Origin: Promethearchaeota archaeon
GTDB lineage: Archaea > Asgardarchaeota > Lokiarchaeia > Sigyniarchaeales > SOKP01
NCBI GenBank assembly: GCA_019058295.1
Contig: JAHPZI010000023.1
Span: 1-64,000 of the forward strand
DNA length: 64,000 nucleotides
Reading direction: 5' to 3'
In this document: piece after piece, positions 1 to 8,859 of the stretch
Layout of the letters: each line of letters starts with the position of its first letter
Numbering within the stretch: the first letter of the stretch is position 1
Made by a program: the position numbers and the translations under genes
Notes under the pieces: generated by a model
The model's database searches: none
What the model saw: only the letters and a program-made list of their open reading frames with translations
Told to the model about the DNA's origin: nothing

Positions 1-477
1 ACCTCCGCCACCTGGGGGTTTTGGAGGAGCGCCAGGAGCTGGGGGTTTTGGAGGACCGCCACCACCTGGTGCTTTTGGAGGACCGCCGCCAGCCGGAACT
101 TTTGGAGGACCGCCGCCAGCCGGAACTTTTGGAGGACCACCACCCGAAGCTTTTGGAGGACCACCACCAGCTAATGATGCAGTGGCTGGAGCTCCTGGAG
201 TACCTCCTCCTGAAGCTCCGCTTAATAAATTAATTAACGTACTAGCAGCTGCTGTTTTAGCTGTCCCTGCAGGAGCAACAACCTGCTTAGAGGATGTACT
301 AACTGTTTGAACTTCGCTTTCTACGGGCATTTCTGTTATATCTTTTTGAGCTTTTGATAAGGAGGCTAAGAACTCGTTTATACCTTTAACTGTTCCTTCT
401 AATTCATCGGCTAATCCTGATAATCCTTTTTTGAGAAAAGTGATAACTCGGGATATTTTCTTCTTATCTGAAACCAC
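1..477 (-). CDS. Gly/Pro-rich repeat protein with N-terminal helical segment (partial, runs off the left edge)
   Basis: Manual translation of the - strand from GTG at 477: MVSDKKKISRVITFLKKGLSGLADELEGTVKGINEFLASLSKAQKDITEM...GGGPPKASGGGPPKVPAGGGPPKVPAGGGPPKAPGGGGPPKPPAPGAPPKPPGGGG. Open to position 1 and absent from the ORF track. GAGG lies upstream. Confidence 0.85.
   Translation of the reverse strand, partial: MVSDKKKISRVITFLKKGLSGLADELEGTVKGINEFLASLSKAQKDITEMPVESEVQTVSTSSKQVVAPAGTAKTAAASTLINLLSGASGGGTPGAPATASLAGGGPPKASGGGPPKVPAGGGPPKVPAGGGPPKAPGGGGPPKPPAPGAPPKPPGGGG
72..170. repeat. Coding tandem repeat (27-nt unit CTTTTGGAGGACCGCCGCCAGCCGGAA x2 exact, plus degenerate copies)
   Basis: Directly visible; encodes GGGPPK-xx(x) units on the - strand. 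Confidence 0.9.
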
Positions 478-754
478 GGTCTAATCAATTCCTCTAATGT
501 TATTAAAATTTTATTTTTAAAAAATAGTTTAATTCAAATATTATTATATTTTATTATATTAACAAAAATATTTATATATATTTTTAATTCAAAAAATTTC
601 AATTTAAACTTTCTTAAATCGGAAAAAAAAAGATTAAAAAGATTAAAAAGAATATATATTTATATTTCATATAAATTCTTATAAAATCAATTATTAAAAA
701 TTTATCAAAATTGTATAACCGTTAAAATTTGTATTTAATTGGTGTTTAAAACTT

Positions 755-1021
755 ATGGCAAAGAAAGAGCTGTTTATAAAACGCGTCTATGAAATAGTTA
801 ACGAGTTAAAGATTCCTTTAATTGACGAGAGAGTATACGATAAAGTTGCATTTAATCCGGGGGCATCAATCGCTAATGTTTCCTTCCAATTTGAAGAAGA
901 TGAGAGTGTAATCCGTGGATTCCTCGGTTTGGCTGAATATTTCCACACTGTTGTAATCAAGCGAAAAGATGAGTTCTATATACCCCATTCATCACTATTG
1001 TTTAAATTGGTAAGCTCGTAA
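755..1021 (+). CDS. Small hypothetical protein (88 aa)
   Basis: ATG ORF with GGTG upstream and a T-rich tract downstream; globular composition. Confidence 0.75.
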   Translation: MAKKELFIKRVYEIVNELKIPLIDERVYDKVAFNPGASIANVSFQFEEDESVIRGFLGLAEYFHTVVIKRKDEFYIPHSSLLFKLVSS

Positions 1022-1024
1022 ATA

Positions 1025-1050
1025 TTTTTTTTTTTACTTTTCTTTATTTT
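1025..1050 (+). terminator. Oligo-T archaeal-type terminator
   Basis: Long T run immediately after the stop codon of 755..1021. Confidence 0.45.
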
Positions 1051-1106
1051 AAACAAATTTTAGAGTAGTTTAAGTAAGGTCTAAGATTTTTTTTACTTGA
1101 TTAATT

Positions 1107-2285
1107 TTGGAAGTTGAAAGTGAAGCTTCAGAACAAATTTCTATAGAAAAGTATAAGAAGTTTTCTATAAGAGAATTTGGAGGGGCTTTTGGAGATTGGG
1201 GCACTTTAGTCCCGTTTATAATTGGATATATAGCAATTGTAGGTTTAAATCCAGCAGGTATTTTTTTCTGTTTAGGAATTACTAATATTATATTGGGGAT
1301 AAAATATAATCTTCCATTACCGGTTCAACCGCAAAAAACAATAGGTACTATTGCCATATCTCAAAAATGGAGTCCAAATTTAGTGATATCAACAGGTTTC
1401 GGTACTGGTATGGTTTGGTTTATCTTAGGATTATCAAAAAAGCTAAATAATATCGTAAAAAGAGTGCCTACAGTTGCAGTTCGGGGCGTCCAACTCGGAT
1501 TAGCATTAATATTAGGATGGGCAGCTATTATATTGCTAAATGATAATTTAATATTAGGAATCATCTCGATCTCAATTATAATCCTTTTAATAAAAGTAAA
1601 AAAAGTCCCTTCTGCAATCATTCTTATGTTTATAGGTATATTCATATTATTTTTCACAGGCGTATTAACTTTTTCTGAAATTAAATTTGGATTACCTCGT
1701 TTTGACTTTCAAGTACCTACTTTAGAAAATTTATTGATAGGGATGTTTATTGCCGGAATTGCCCAATTATTTTTAACGCTAACAAATGTAATGATCGCTA
1801 CAATTAGTTTGGTTAAAGATTTATTTCCTGAAAAAGAAGATGTTATTGATGCTAATTCTTTAGCTTTAAATATGGGTATTATGAACTTGATAAATCCTTT
1901 TTTAGGTGGAATGCCTTTATGTCATGGTTCAGGGGGTTTAGCGGCTCAATATGCTTTTGGTGCGAGAACAGGAGGGTCAATGATTTTTGAAGGAATTTTA
2001 GAGGTTATTCTTGGATTATTTTTTTCTGAGATGCTTTTCTTGTTTTTTAACCAATTTCCTAAGGCAATTTTAGGGGCAATGCTAATTTATATCGCTTTTT
2101 TATTGGGTAGGGTAGCATTCAAAGATTTTAATGCAAGAGCATTACCTATAATTTTAATTTCAGCAATTATTTGTTTTGCATTTAATATTGTTTTAGGTTT
2201 TCTTACAAGCTTGATTTTATTCTTTATTTTTAGAAAAAAAATTGAAGAACCTCAAAAGGAAGAAGATAATTCGGAAAACAATTAA
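1107..2285 (+). CDS. MOT1-family molybdate/sulfate transporter
   Basis: GAFGDWGT, PLPVQPQK and GGMPLCHGSGGLAAQYAFGARTG signatures; polytopic. Confidence 0.85.
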   Translation: MEVESEASEQISIEKYKKFSIREFGGAFGDWGTLVPFIIGYIAIVGLNPAGIFFCLGITNIILGIKYNLPLPVQPQKTIGTIAISQKWSPNLVISTGFGTGMVWFILGLSKKLNNIVKRVPTVAVRGVQLGLALILGWAAIILLNDNLILGIISISIIILLIKVKKVPSAIILMFIGIFILFFTGVLTFSEIKFGLPRFDFQVPTLENLLIGMFIAGIAQLFLTLTNVMIATISLVKDLFPEKEDVIDANSLALNMGIMNLINPFLGGMPLCHGSGGLAAQYAFGARTGGSMIFEGILEVILGLFFSEMLFLFFNQFPKAILGAMLIYIAFLLGRVAFKDFNARALPIILISAIICFAFNIVLGFLTSLILFFIFRKKIEEPQKEEDNSENN

Positions 2286-2378
2286 TCCACATGGGCAAGG
2301 AGTTGAAGTCTTTTTTGTTCTCTTTTTTAAATGATTTTTATTGAAAACTTTATAAGAGTTTAAGAACGTGTTAAATTT

Positions 2379-3158
2379 ATGTATGATTGGAATTTAAGAC
2401 TTTCAAAAAGAAAAGATATATGGATTATAGGATTCTGCTGGGTAATGACGATATTTTATACTATTGCTAATTATTATATCTATGCTACTGCATCTTCATA
2501 TGATTTATACCAAAAAGACACAACAGCATCAACCGAAGCGTTACAAGGATTCTTATATTTAAGTTACATAGCTATACCTATAACTATTGTATTGCTTGGA
2601 GATCGTTTGTTAGCACGTAAACAAGCTAAATCACAAGAATTACCCTTTGATTTTATTCCGCCTAGTTTGTATTTTAAAAGAAGAAATCTAATTAGAATTA
2701 TCCTAATAGGCATAGTTACCTTTTTTTCATTACCATGGATACTAGCTTTAATTGGAATTTATATTTCTGATGTCCTTGGTTTAAATTTAATTTTTCTTGG
2801 GGCACAACCATATCATGGTCTTCCATCCGTGCATTTAGGACGTCATCATGGAACTAACGCATATATTTTTGCAGTTTATGCCATTTTCTTTTCAACGACT
2901 CTTGATAGCGAATATTACTTGAAAAATATCTATGCTCGATCACTAATGGCAGGCGGTATCGTATTTTTAAGTTTATATGCATTTATCGCGGGTGTCGAAG
3001 ATGGGATGAATGAACAATTAGTGAAACGAGGAATAGATACAATTATATATCCCTACATACAATATGCTTATGGTTATCCGTTAGTATGGGTAATAGTAGC
3101 TATATTATCATTGATGTTCATGATAATATGGTATAAGATGGCACTACGGAAACAATAA
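2379..3158 (+). CDS. Hypothetical polytopic membrane protein
   Basis: About 6 hydrophobic segments; HLGRHHG motif. Confidence 0.7.
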   Translation: MYDWNLRLSKRKDIWIIGFCWVMTIFYTIANYYIYATASSYDLYQKDTTASTEALQGFLYLSYIAIPITIVLLGDRLLARKQAKSQELPFDFIPPSLYFKRRNLIRIILIGIVTFFSLPWILALIGIYISDVLGLNLIFLGAQPYHGLPSVHLGRHHGTNAYIFAVYAIFFSTTLDSEYYLKNIYARSLMAGGIVFLSLYAFIAGVEDGMNEQLVKRGIDTIIYPYIQYAYGYPLVWVIVAILSLMFMIIWYKMALRKQ

Positions 3159-3168
3159 TTCTCTATTT

Positions 3169-3876
3169 TTATTTTTTATAATAATTAGAATTTTTTAATA
3201 TTTCCAACACTTCTGATTCTGGTACATCGTACCAATTTTTATATGCGTCTGCAACTGCAAATCTCCACACATTTCTAATATTAGGACAAAAAATCTTATC
3301 GATATTAACTGCTTCTTGAATTCGTTGTATACTATGCAAAGGTGCGGTTGGTACAACTAAGGAAATTTTTACAGGATCATATTTTTTTACCATTTTTATA
3401 GCCGCTAACATAGTAAATCCAGATGCTAATCCATCGTCTAGCATGAATATACTATTATTGTGAATAATTTTCTCATATATTTTCTCAAAATCAAGTTCTT
3501 TATTATAGAATTGTAATCGTTCATTAATTTCAGTTTTAGTCAGATTTATTGCCTTATTAAGCTCCTCTTCTGAAAGTGATAGCTGGTTTAATAAAGGCTT
3601 ATTAATCAATACGGATCCATCTGTTGTTAGACTCCCAAATCCCGCTTCAGTATTCCAAGGGATTTTAATTTTTCTAACTATTAACATATCATAGTTTATT
3701 TTTAATTTGGAACAAAATCCTTCAGCAACGGGAACTCCTCCATTAGGAATAGCGAAGCAAAAGAAATTATTAGATTTTTTTACTATACTATCATATAGTT
3801 CTATGTCTTTTTCTTTTATTAATTCAGCTAAAATCTCCCCTGCTTTAAATCTTGAATCAAATCTTTCAAATTTCAT
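3169..3876 (-). CDS. Phosphoribosyltransferase family protein
   Basis: IPNGGVPV, VRKI and the PRPP-binding LDDGLASGFTM motif. Confidence 0.9.
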   Translation of the reverse strand: MKFERFDSRFKAGEILAELIKEKDIELYDSIVKKSNNFFCFAIPNGGVPVAEGFCSKLKINYDMLIVRKIKIPWNTEAGFGSLTTDGSVLINKPLLNQLSLSEEELNKAINLTKTEINERLQFYNKELDFEKIYEKIIHNNSIFMLDDGLASGFTMLAAIKMVKKYDPVKISLVVPTAPLHSIQRIQEAVNIDKIFCPNIRNVWRFAVADAYKNWYDVPESEVLEILKNSNYYKK

Positions 3877-4035
3877 GATTATTAATAAAAAAGATAGGTG
3901 ATAATAATAACATTATATTTATTATTGACAAAGTTTACCATTAAAAATAAATAAGTGAAAAATATATGTATTTTAAGGAATTTCAGCATTCTTATCTATT
4001 ATTTTATCTCAATTAATTGATTAAAGGAAAAAAAA

Positions 4036-5709
4036 TTGAGTTTTGACGAAGATATTATTTTTGATAAAATAAAAAAAATGGAGCCGGAAAAGGCTTCTGA
4101 AATCCTTATCTCAATTCTTCTAACTTCAGATGAATGGGAAAGAAGGGCAAAAGCTATTGATAATTTGATATCTTGTGAGGATAAAAATCATTTCAATGAA
4201 ATAAAAAGCACATATTTAAACGAATCATATTCAGAAGCAAAGATTAAATTAATTGAGTTATTATCAAAAAGTTATCAAGAAGACGGCATCTCATTTTTAA
4301 TACCTCAATATAAAAGCGAAACAGATTGGAAAGTAAGAAAAAAAATTATTGAGGCAGTAGTTGGAACAAGAAAGGCGGATATTATCCCATTTCTCATTGA
4401 AGCGTTAGGAGATCCTAATTCTGAATCGAAAAAATCAGCAATTATTGCTTTAGGAAAGATAAAGTCGACAGATGCTTTAAAACCGCTAATAGACTTATTA
4501 AAATTTAGGAATGAAGAAATTCTCGATTCTTTAATTAATACAATTGTAAAAATTGGAAAAAAGGCAGATATTCAAGATGTTGTTAAACATTTACAAAAAG
4601 CAGATTTAAATATTAAAAAGTCTCTTCCTATAATAATAGGGAAAATTGGGGATACGAATGCTGTAGACGCTCTTATTAATTTATTAAAAGACGAAAATTC
4701 CATAGTCAGAAAAAATACAGTTAATGCCTTAGAAAAATTGATTAAACCTAGTGATAAAAATTTTAGATTCATTATAGAAATGTTAAATGATATTGATCTT
4801 GAGGTAAAAAATGCAGCAATCAGCGTTATGGGGTCAATAGGAAGTAAAAAGGCAATAAATCCATTAATAGAATTATTAAAAGATGAAAATGATAAAATTA
4901 GAAAAAATACAGGGAAAGCACTTGAAAAAATACTTGTTAAATCACAATCGTTTAATGTAGCTTATGATTTATTGAAAAAAAGAAATGCTCTTGCCAGAAG
5001 AGAAGCAGTTAGGTTATTATCAGCAGCGTCTGGAGATCCTGATGCTCTAAAGATTTTAATTAGATTATTTAATAGTAAAGATTCGAGAATAAGAAGGTTA
5101 GCTTATAATGCGGTTTTAAAAATCTCCGAGAATAAAGTCGATAATTTAATTCTCGAGGGATTAAAAGCACGGGAATGGCAAATACGAAAATTCAGTGCGA
5201 AAATTCTTGGAGAGATTAAAGATGAAAACACGATTGACCTACTCTTAAATTTACTCAATGATTCAAAAAGCGGTGTAAGAAGGGCAGCAGCGGATTCCTT
5301 AGCTAAAATTAGCACTTCGAAAGTTGTAAATAAAACTATTTCGTTTTTGGACGACGTTGACTGGAGAGTGAGAAGATCGGCTGTTCTTATTTTAACTAGA
5401 ATTGGAACAAATCAAGCTCTTGAGCCATTAATAACTTGTCTAAACGACGAAGATGTTTATATTAAGAATTGGGCTGCCAAATCTCTAGGGAAACTTAAAG
5501 GCATTAAAGATATTCAACCTCTAGTTGATTTATTAAAAAGCAAAGATCCCAAAACTCGTATCTCAGCTGCTAAAGCTTTAGCTGAAATTGGAGATAAAAA
5601 AGCTTTAAAACCTCTTATATCTGCGTTAGGAGATGATGACTGGGACGTGAGAAAAGAAATTGAGAAGGCTTTAAAACTAATCGACCCGAATTGGATGAAA
5701 AATCTTTAA
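4036..5709 (+). CDS. HEAT/PBS-lyase repeat protein
   Basis: Many ~31-aa repeats LIxLLxD.dwxVRxxAxxALGxIG; TTG start. Confidence 0.9.
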   Translation: MSFDEDIIFDKIKKMEPEKASEILISILLTSDEWERRAKAIDNLISCEDKNHFNEIKSTYLNESYSEAKIKLIELLSKSYQEDGISFLIPQYKSETDWKVRKKIIEAVVGTRKADIIPFLIEALGDPNSESKKSAIIALGKIKSTDALKPLIDLLKFRNEEILDSLINTIVKIGKKADIQDVVKHLQKADLNIKKSLPIIIGKIGDTNAVDALINLLKDENSIVRKNTVNALEKLIKPSDKNFRFIIEMLNDIDLEVKNAAISVMGSIGSKKAINPLIELLKDENDKIRKNTGKALEKILVKSQSFNVAYDLLKKRNALARREAVRLLSAASGDPDALKILIRLFNSKDSRIRRLAYNAVLKISENKVDNLILEGLKAREWQIRKFSAKILGEIKDENTIDLLLNLLNDSKSGVRRAAADSLAKISTSKVVNKTISFLDDVDWRVRRSAVLILTRIGTNQALEPLITCLNDEDVYIKNWAAKSLGKLKGIKDIQPLVDLLKSKDPKTRISAAKALAEIGDKKALKPLISALGDDDWDVRKEIEKALKLIDPNWMKNL

Positions 5710-5841
5710 GATAAATTTAATTAGAGAATTTTTTTTTATGTCTAGTTATTATTACTAGGAAATTTTTAATAATCCAGACTATTAGAACTATTATAAAATT
5801 ATGTCTGAAACCTGTTTTATTTTCACGATTGGCGTTAAAAA

Positions 5842-6402
5842 ATGGAACAGCAAGAATCTAAAAGTAAAAGCAAAATTTTCAAAGAAACATTCCCATCTGA
5901 AATTATCTCAATCATCGGAGATATTTTCGCTGGGATTATTCTTTTATTATTAGTTCTACCTTTTAAGAGTTTTCCTATTTTAATAATTATTGTTCCTGCC
6001 TTGCTTTCTCTTAGAGGAAATTTAAGTGGCCCTTTTATTGCAAGAACCTCAAGAGACTTTATTATAGGAGAATTCAATAAAAGTTCTTGGGTTCAAAACA
6101 CTCTAGCCACCTTTTCTTTAGCAATTATTACGGGTTTTTTTATTGGTATATGTTCATTTATGATGGATCTTTTTCTTATAAGGACGTTTATCCTACCAAT
6201 TGAGGTTGTTATTTTAATATCAATAATCTCGATTATTTTAACCCTATTGATATCCATTCCCAGTTCTACTTTATTAAATTATTTTAGTTTTAAATATGGA
6301 TTAGACCCAAATAATACGGTAAATCCTTTAATGACAGCTATAGATGATTTTTTCACTGTTATTTGTTTTTATATAACATTAATTATGTTAGGGGTGCCTT
6401 AG
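5842..6402 (+). CDS. MgtE-like divalent cation transporter, membrane domain only (subunit 1)
   Basis: PALLSLRGN and GLDPNNTVNPLMTAIDD motifs of the MgtE TM domain. Confidence 0.85.
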   Translation: MEQQESKSKSKIFKETFPSEIISIIGDIFAGIILLLLVLPFKSFPILIIIVPALLSLRGNLSGPFIARTSRDFIIGEFNKSSWVQNTLATFSLAIITGFFIGICSFMMDLFLIRTFILPIEVVILISIISIILTLLISIPSSTLLNYFSFKYGLDPNNTVNPLMTAIDDFFTVICFYITLIMLGVP

Positions 6403-6405
6403 AAA

Positions 6406-6957
6406 ATGAATTATTTTTGGAAAATAATCAAGGAATCATTAATAATAGTATTAATCTCGTCGTTAATGGGTCTATTTTCTGGAACATTATTATCTGCAAA
6501 TCAAGAAATCTTTTATGCGATTCCAATTATTTTATTAATACTTCCCTCATTAAATTCGTTAACTGGAGATATCTCAACAGTTTTAGTATCTCGAATTACC
6601 TCTGCCCTATATATCGGTACAATTCCACCAAAAGTTCAGAAATCAGAAAGATTAAAAGAAAATTTTTTTGGTTTACTCATTACAATTCTTTTGAGTTTAA
6701 TAGTTTTAATCGCGTTAGGTTATATATTAGCGATAACAACAAGAATTAAAATATTTAATCCTTTCCTAATTATTTTCATTCTGCTTCTTACGGTTTTATT
6801 ATTATTTGTCATTATGTTCATTTCATTATTCATTAGTTCAATATTATTATTTAAGAGAGGAAAAGATCCTAATAATTTCTTAATTCCGTTCATAACATCA
6901 TTGGCAGATTTTCTTACGCCTTTTTTCTTGATTGTTTTTATCATAATATTTATATAA
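6406..6957 (+). CDS. MgtE-like divalent cation transporter, membrane domain only (subunit 2)
   Basis: PSLNSLTGD and GKDPNNFLIPFITSLAD motifs. Confidence 0.85.
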   Translation: MNYFWKIIKESLIIVLISSLMGLFSGTLLSANQEIFYAIPIILLILPSLNSLTGDISTVLVSRITSALYIGTIPPKVQKSERLKENFFGLLITILLSLIVLIALGYILAITTRIKIFNPFLIIFILLLTVLLLFVIMFISLFISSILLFKRGKDPNNFLIPFITSLADFLTPFFLIVFIIIFI

Positions 6958-6994
6958 AATTAAAAAATAGAACTATATGAGTGATTAAAACACA

Positions 6995-8236
6995 ATGCCG
7001 GCAAAAAAAAAGAAATTTAAATATCGCCCTTTATCCTTAAAAGATATTTTAAGGGAAATGAAGCAAAAGATCGATTTAATGATTGATTTAGCATATTCTG
7101 CGATTAAGTTTAGAAGCAAGGAGCTAGCTGATGAGGCATACAAAATTGAACAGCGAATCCATGAACTTACTTTCCTCTTGAATACACAGATAATTCAATC
7201 ACGACCCAGAGGATTTGAAGAAGCTAAGAAATTGGAACCTATTTTTGTTTTAGGAGCTTCAATTGATAAAATCTCCGATGCCCTTTCTGATATTGCTCGG
7301 GTAGTTTATGTTAACACAGATATATCTCAATTTACGCAATTATTTTGGGATTATGTCCCAGAGCCTATCGTCAAAATCATTGTGAATAAAAATTGTGAAT
7401 TTATTGGACAATATCGAAAAGATGTGCATTTTAGATCGAAACATGGTGTAGATTTAATTGCAATAAAAAGAGGAGATAAATGGCTTTTCAAGAAAGACGA
7501 AAAGCTTCTTGAGAATGATATGTTAATTATTAAAGGTGAAATTCAACCTATTAAGGATGTGAAAGATAGATGTCGCGATGAAGAACCTTTTTCATTTGAA
7601 ATTGGAGATAAAGAAATTAAATCATTTGAGGAACTTGAAAATCCTGAGATTATGGAAAAACTCGAAGAGCTCAAAAGGGATTATGTTTTAATAACAGATA
7701 TTTCTGAAACAATGATTGAATTAGCATTTGCAGCATTATTTTTTAATAATTATGAAGTTGCTGAAGATATTTTAGAAATAGAAGAATTTATGGACGGGTT
7801 AAATGTTGCTTTTGAAAAAGACTTATTAGAACTCGCTCAAATGTTCAAATATCCTAGGGATCTTACTGGAATAATGAGAATTGTTTTTTCATGTGAACTA
7901 ATTGCTGATGCAGCTGCAAATATTGCGGAAACTATAGTTAAAGGATTTGAACCACATCAGATATTTCAATTGGCAATTGATGAAACCCCAGAAATTGTTG
8001 TAAGAGAATCGTTATCGGAAGATTCATTTTTTAGAAGTAAAACTTATGAAGAACTTCAAGATAGTCGTTATAAACGTGGATTTCATATTATTGCATTGAA
8101 ACGAGAAAATAAATGGATATATAGTTTTAAGCCAGATTTTGTATTTGAAAAAGGTGATTTGCTCATTGGGTTGGGGCCAAAAGAAACTGTTAATCAGTGG
8201 CGAAAATGTGTTAATCCAGAGAAATTTAGAGATTAA
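6995..8236 (+). CDS. Tandem (PhoU-like + TrkA_C/RCK_C) x2 regulatory protein
   Basis: MIDLAYSA..IDKISDA and MIELAFAA..ELIADAA helical units, each followed by an IAIKRG/IALKRE RCK_C unit. Confidence 0.8.
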   Translation: MPAKKKKFKYRPLSLKDILREMKQKIDLMIDLAYSAIKFRSKELADEAYKIEQRIHELTFLLNTQIIQSRPRGFEEAKKLEPIFVLGASIDKISDALSDIARVVYVNTDISQFTQLFWDYVPEPIVKIIVNKNCEFIGQYRKDVHFRSKHGVDLIAIKRGDKWLFKKDEKLLENDMLIIKGEIQPIKDVKDRCRDEEPFSFEIGDKEIKSFEELENPEIMEKLEELKRDYVLITDISETMIELAFAALFFNNYEVAEDILEIEEFMDGLNVAFEKDLLELAQMFKYPRDLTGIMRIVFSCELIADAAANIAETIVKGFEPHQIFQLAIDETPEIVVRESLSEDSFFRSKTYEELQDSRYKRGFHIIALKRENKWIYSFKPDFVFEKGDLLIGLGPKETVNQWRKCVNPEKFRD

Positions 8237-8245
8237 TAAAATTGA

Positions 8246-8848
8246 ATGGGGGAAAATATTATGAATATTGAAAAAATGAAAGAGATTTTTGACGAAACTA
8301 TGAATGAAATAGCTAATCAAATAAAAAAAAATATTAATAATCTTAATAAAAACGATGTTATGCAGTTAATTGATTTAATCCTTCAAGTTAGAAACTTAAA
8401 AAATAAAGTATTTATATATGGCGCAGGTCGATCCGGATTTGTGGGGCGATGTTTTGCACAAAGATTAATGCATTTAGGAATTGACTCCTGTTTCATTTCT
8501 GATGCTATTACTTACCAATATACTAAGAACGATTTACTCATTATAATCAGTGGAAGTGGAGAAACAACTTCATCTGTAGCAATTACCCAAAAAGCGAAAG
8601 AAATCGGCGGAAAAATTGCTTTCTTTACAACAAACATAACCAGCACTATAGGTAAATTATCAGATTGTATTATCAGAATTGAAGGAAAAAGCAAGGATAA
8701 AGCTATATCGGAAAAAACATTAGCTCCCTACACGAGTTTATTTGACATCTCAACTTTATCGGTTTTAGATTCAATTGGAGCAATATTAATGAATATTTTA
8801 GGTGTAAGTGAAGAAGATATTGATAAAAGACATGCATCACTCGAATAA
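8246..8848 (+). CDS. hxlB: 6-phospho-3-hexuloisomerase (SIS domain)
   Basis: GAGRSG..FAQRLMHLG, ISGSGET and C-terminal RHASLE; the start may be a few codons downstream. Confidence 0.85.
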   Translation: MGENIMNIEKMKEIFDETMNEIANQIKKNINNLNKNDVMQLIDLILQVRNLKNKVFIYGAGRSGFVGRCFAQRLMHLGIDSCFISDAITYQYTKNDLLIIISGSGETTSSVAITQKAKEIGGKIAFFTTNITSTIGKLSDCIIRIEGKSKDKAISEKTLAPYTSLFDISTLSVLDSIGAILMNILGVSEEDIDKRHASLE

Positions 8849-8859
8849 CTTTTTTTAAT

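Noticed and set aside
19-170. Recurrent TTTTGGAGGAC motif resembling a CRISPR array
   Set aside because: The period is a multiple of 3 (about 21-27 nt), there are no unique spacers of CRISPR length and no cas genes; it is a coding repeat.
21-233. + strand 70-aa ORF with LLEDRRQPE repeats
   Set aside because: Antisense shadow of the Gly/Pro-repeat gene; the - frame is open for 477 nt with a sensible start and composition.
623-651. AAAAAGATT short tandem repeat
   Set aside because: Low-complexity with only 2-3 copies in an AT-rich spacer.
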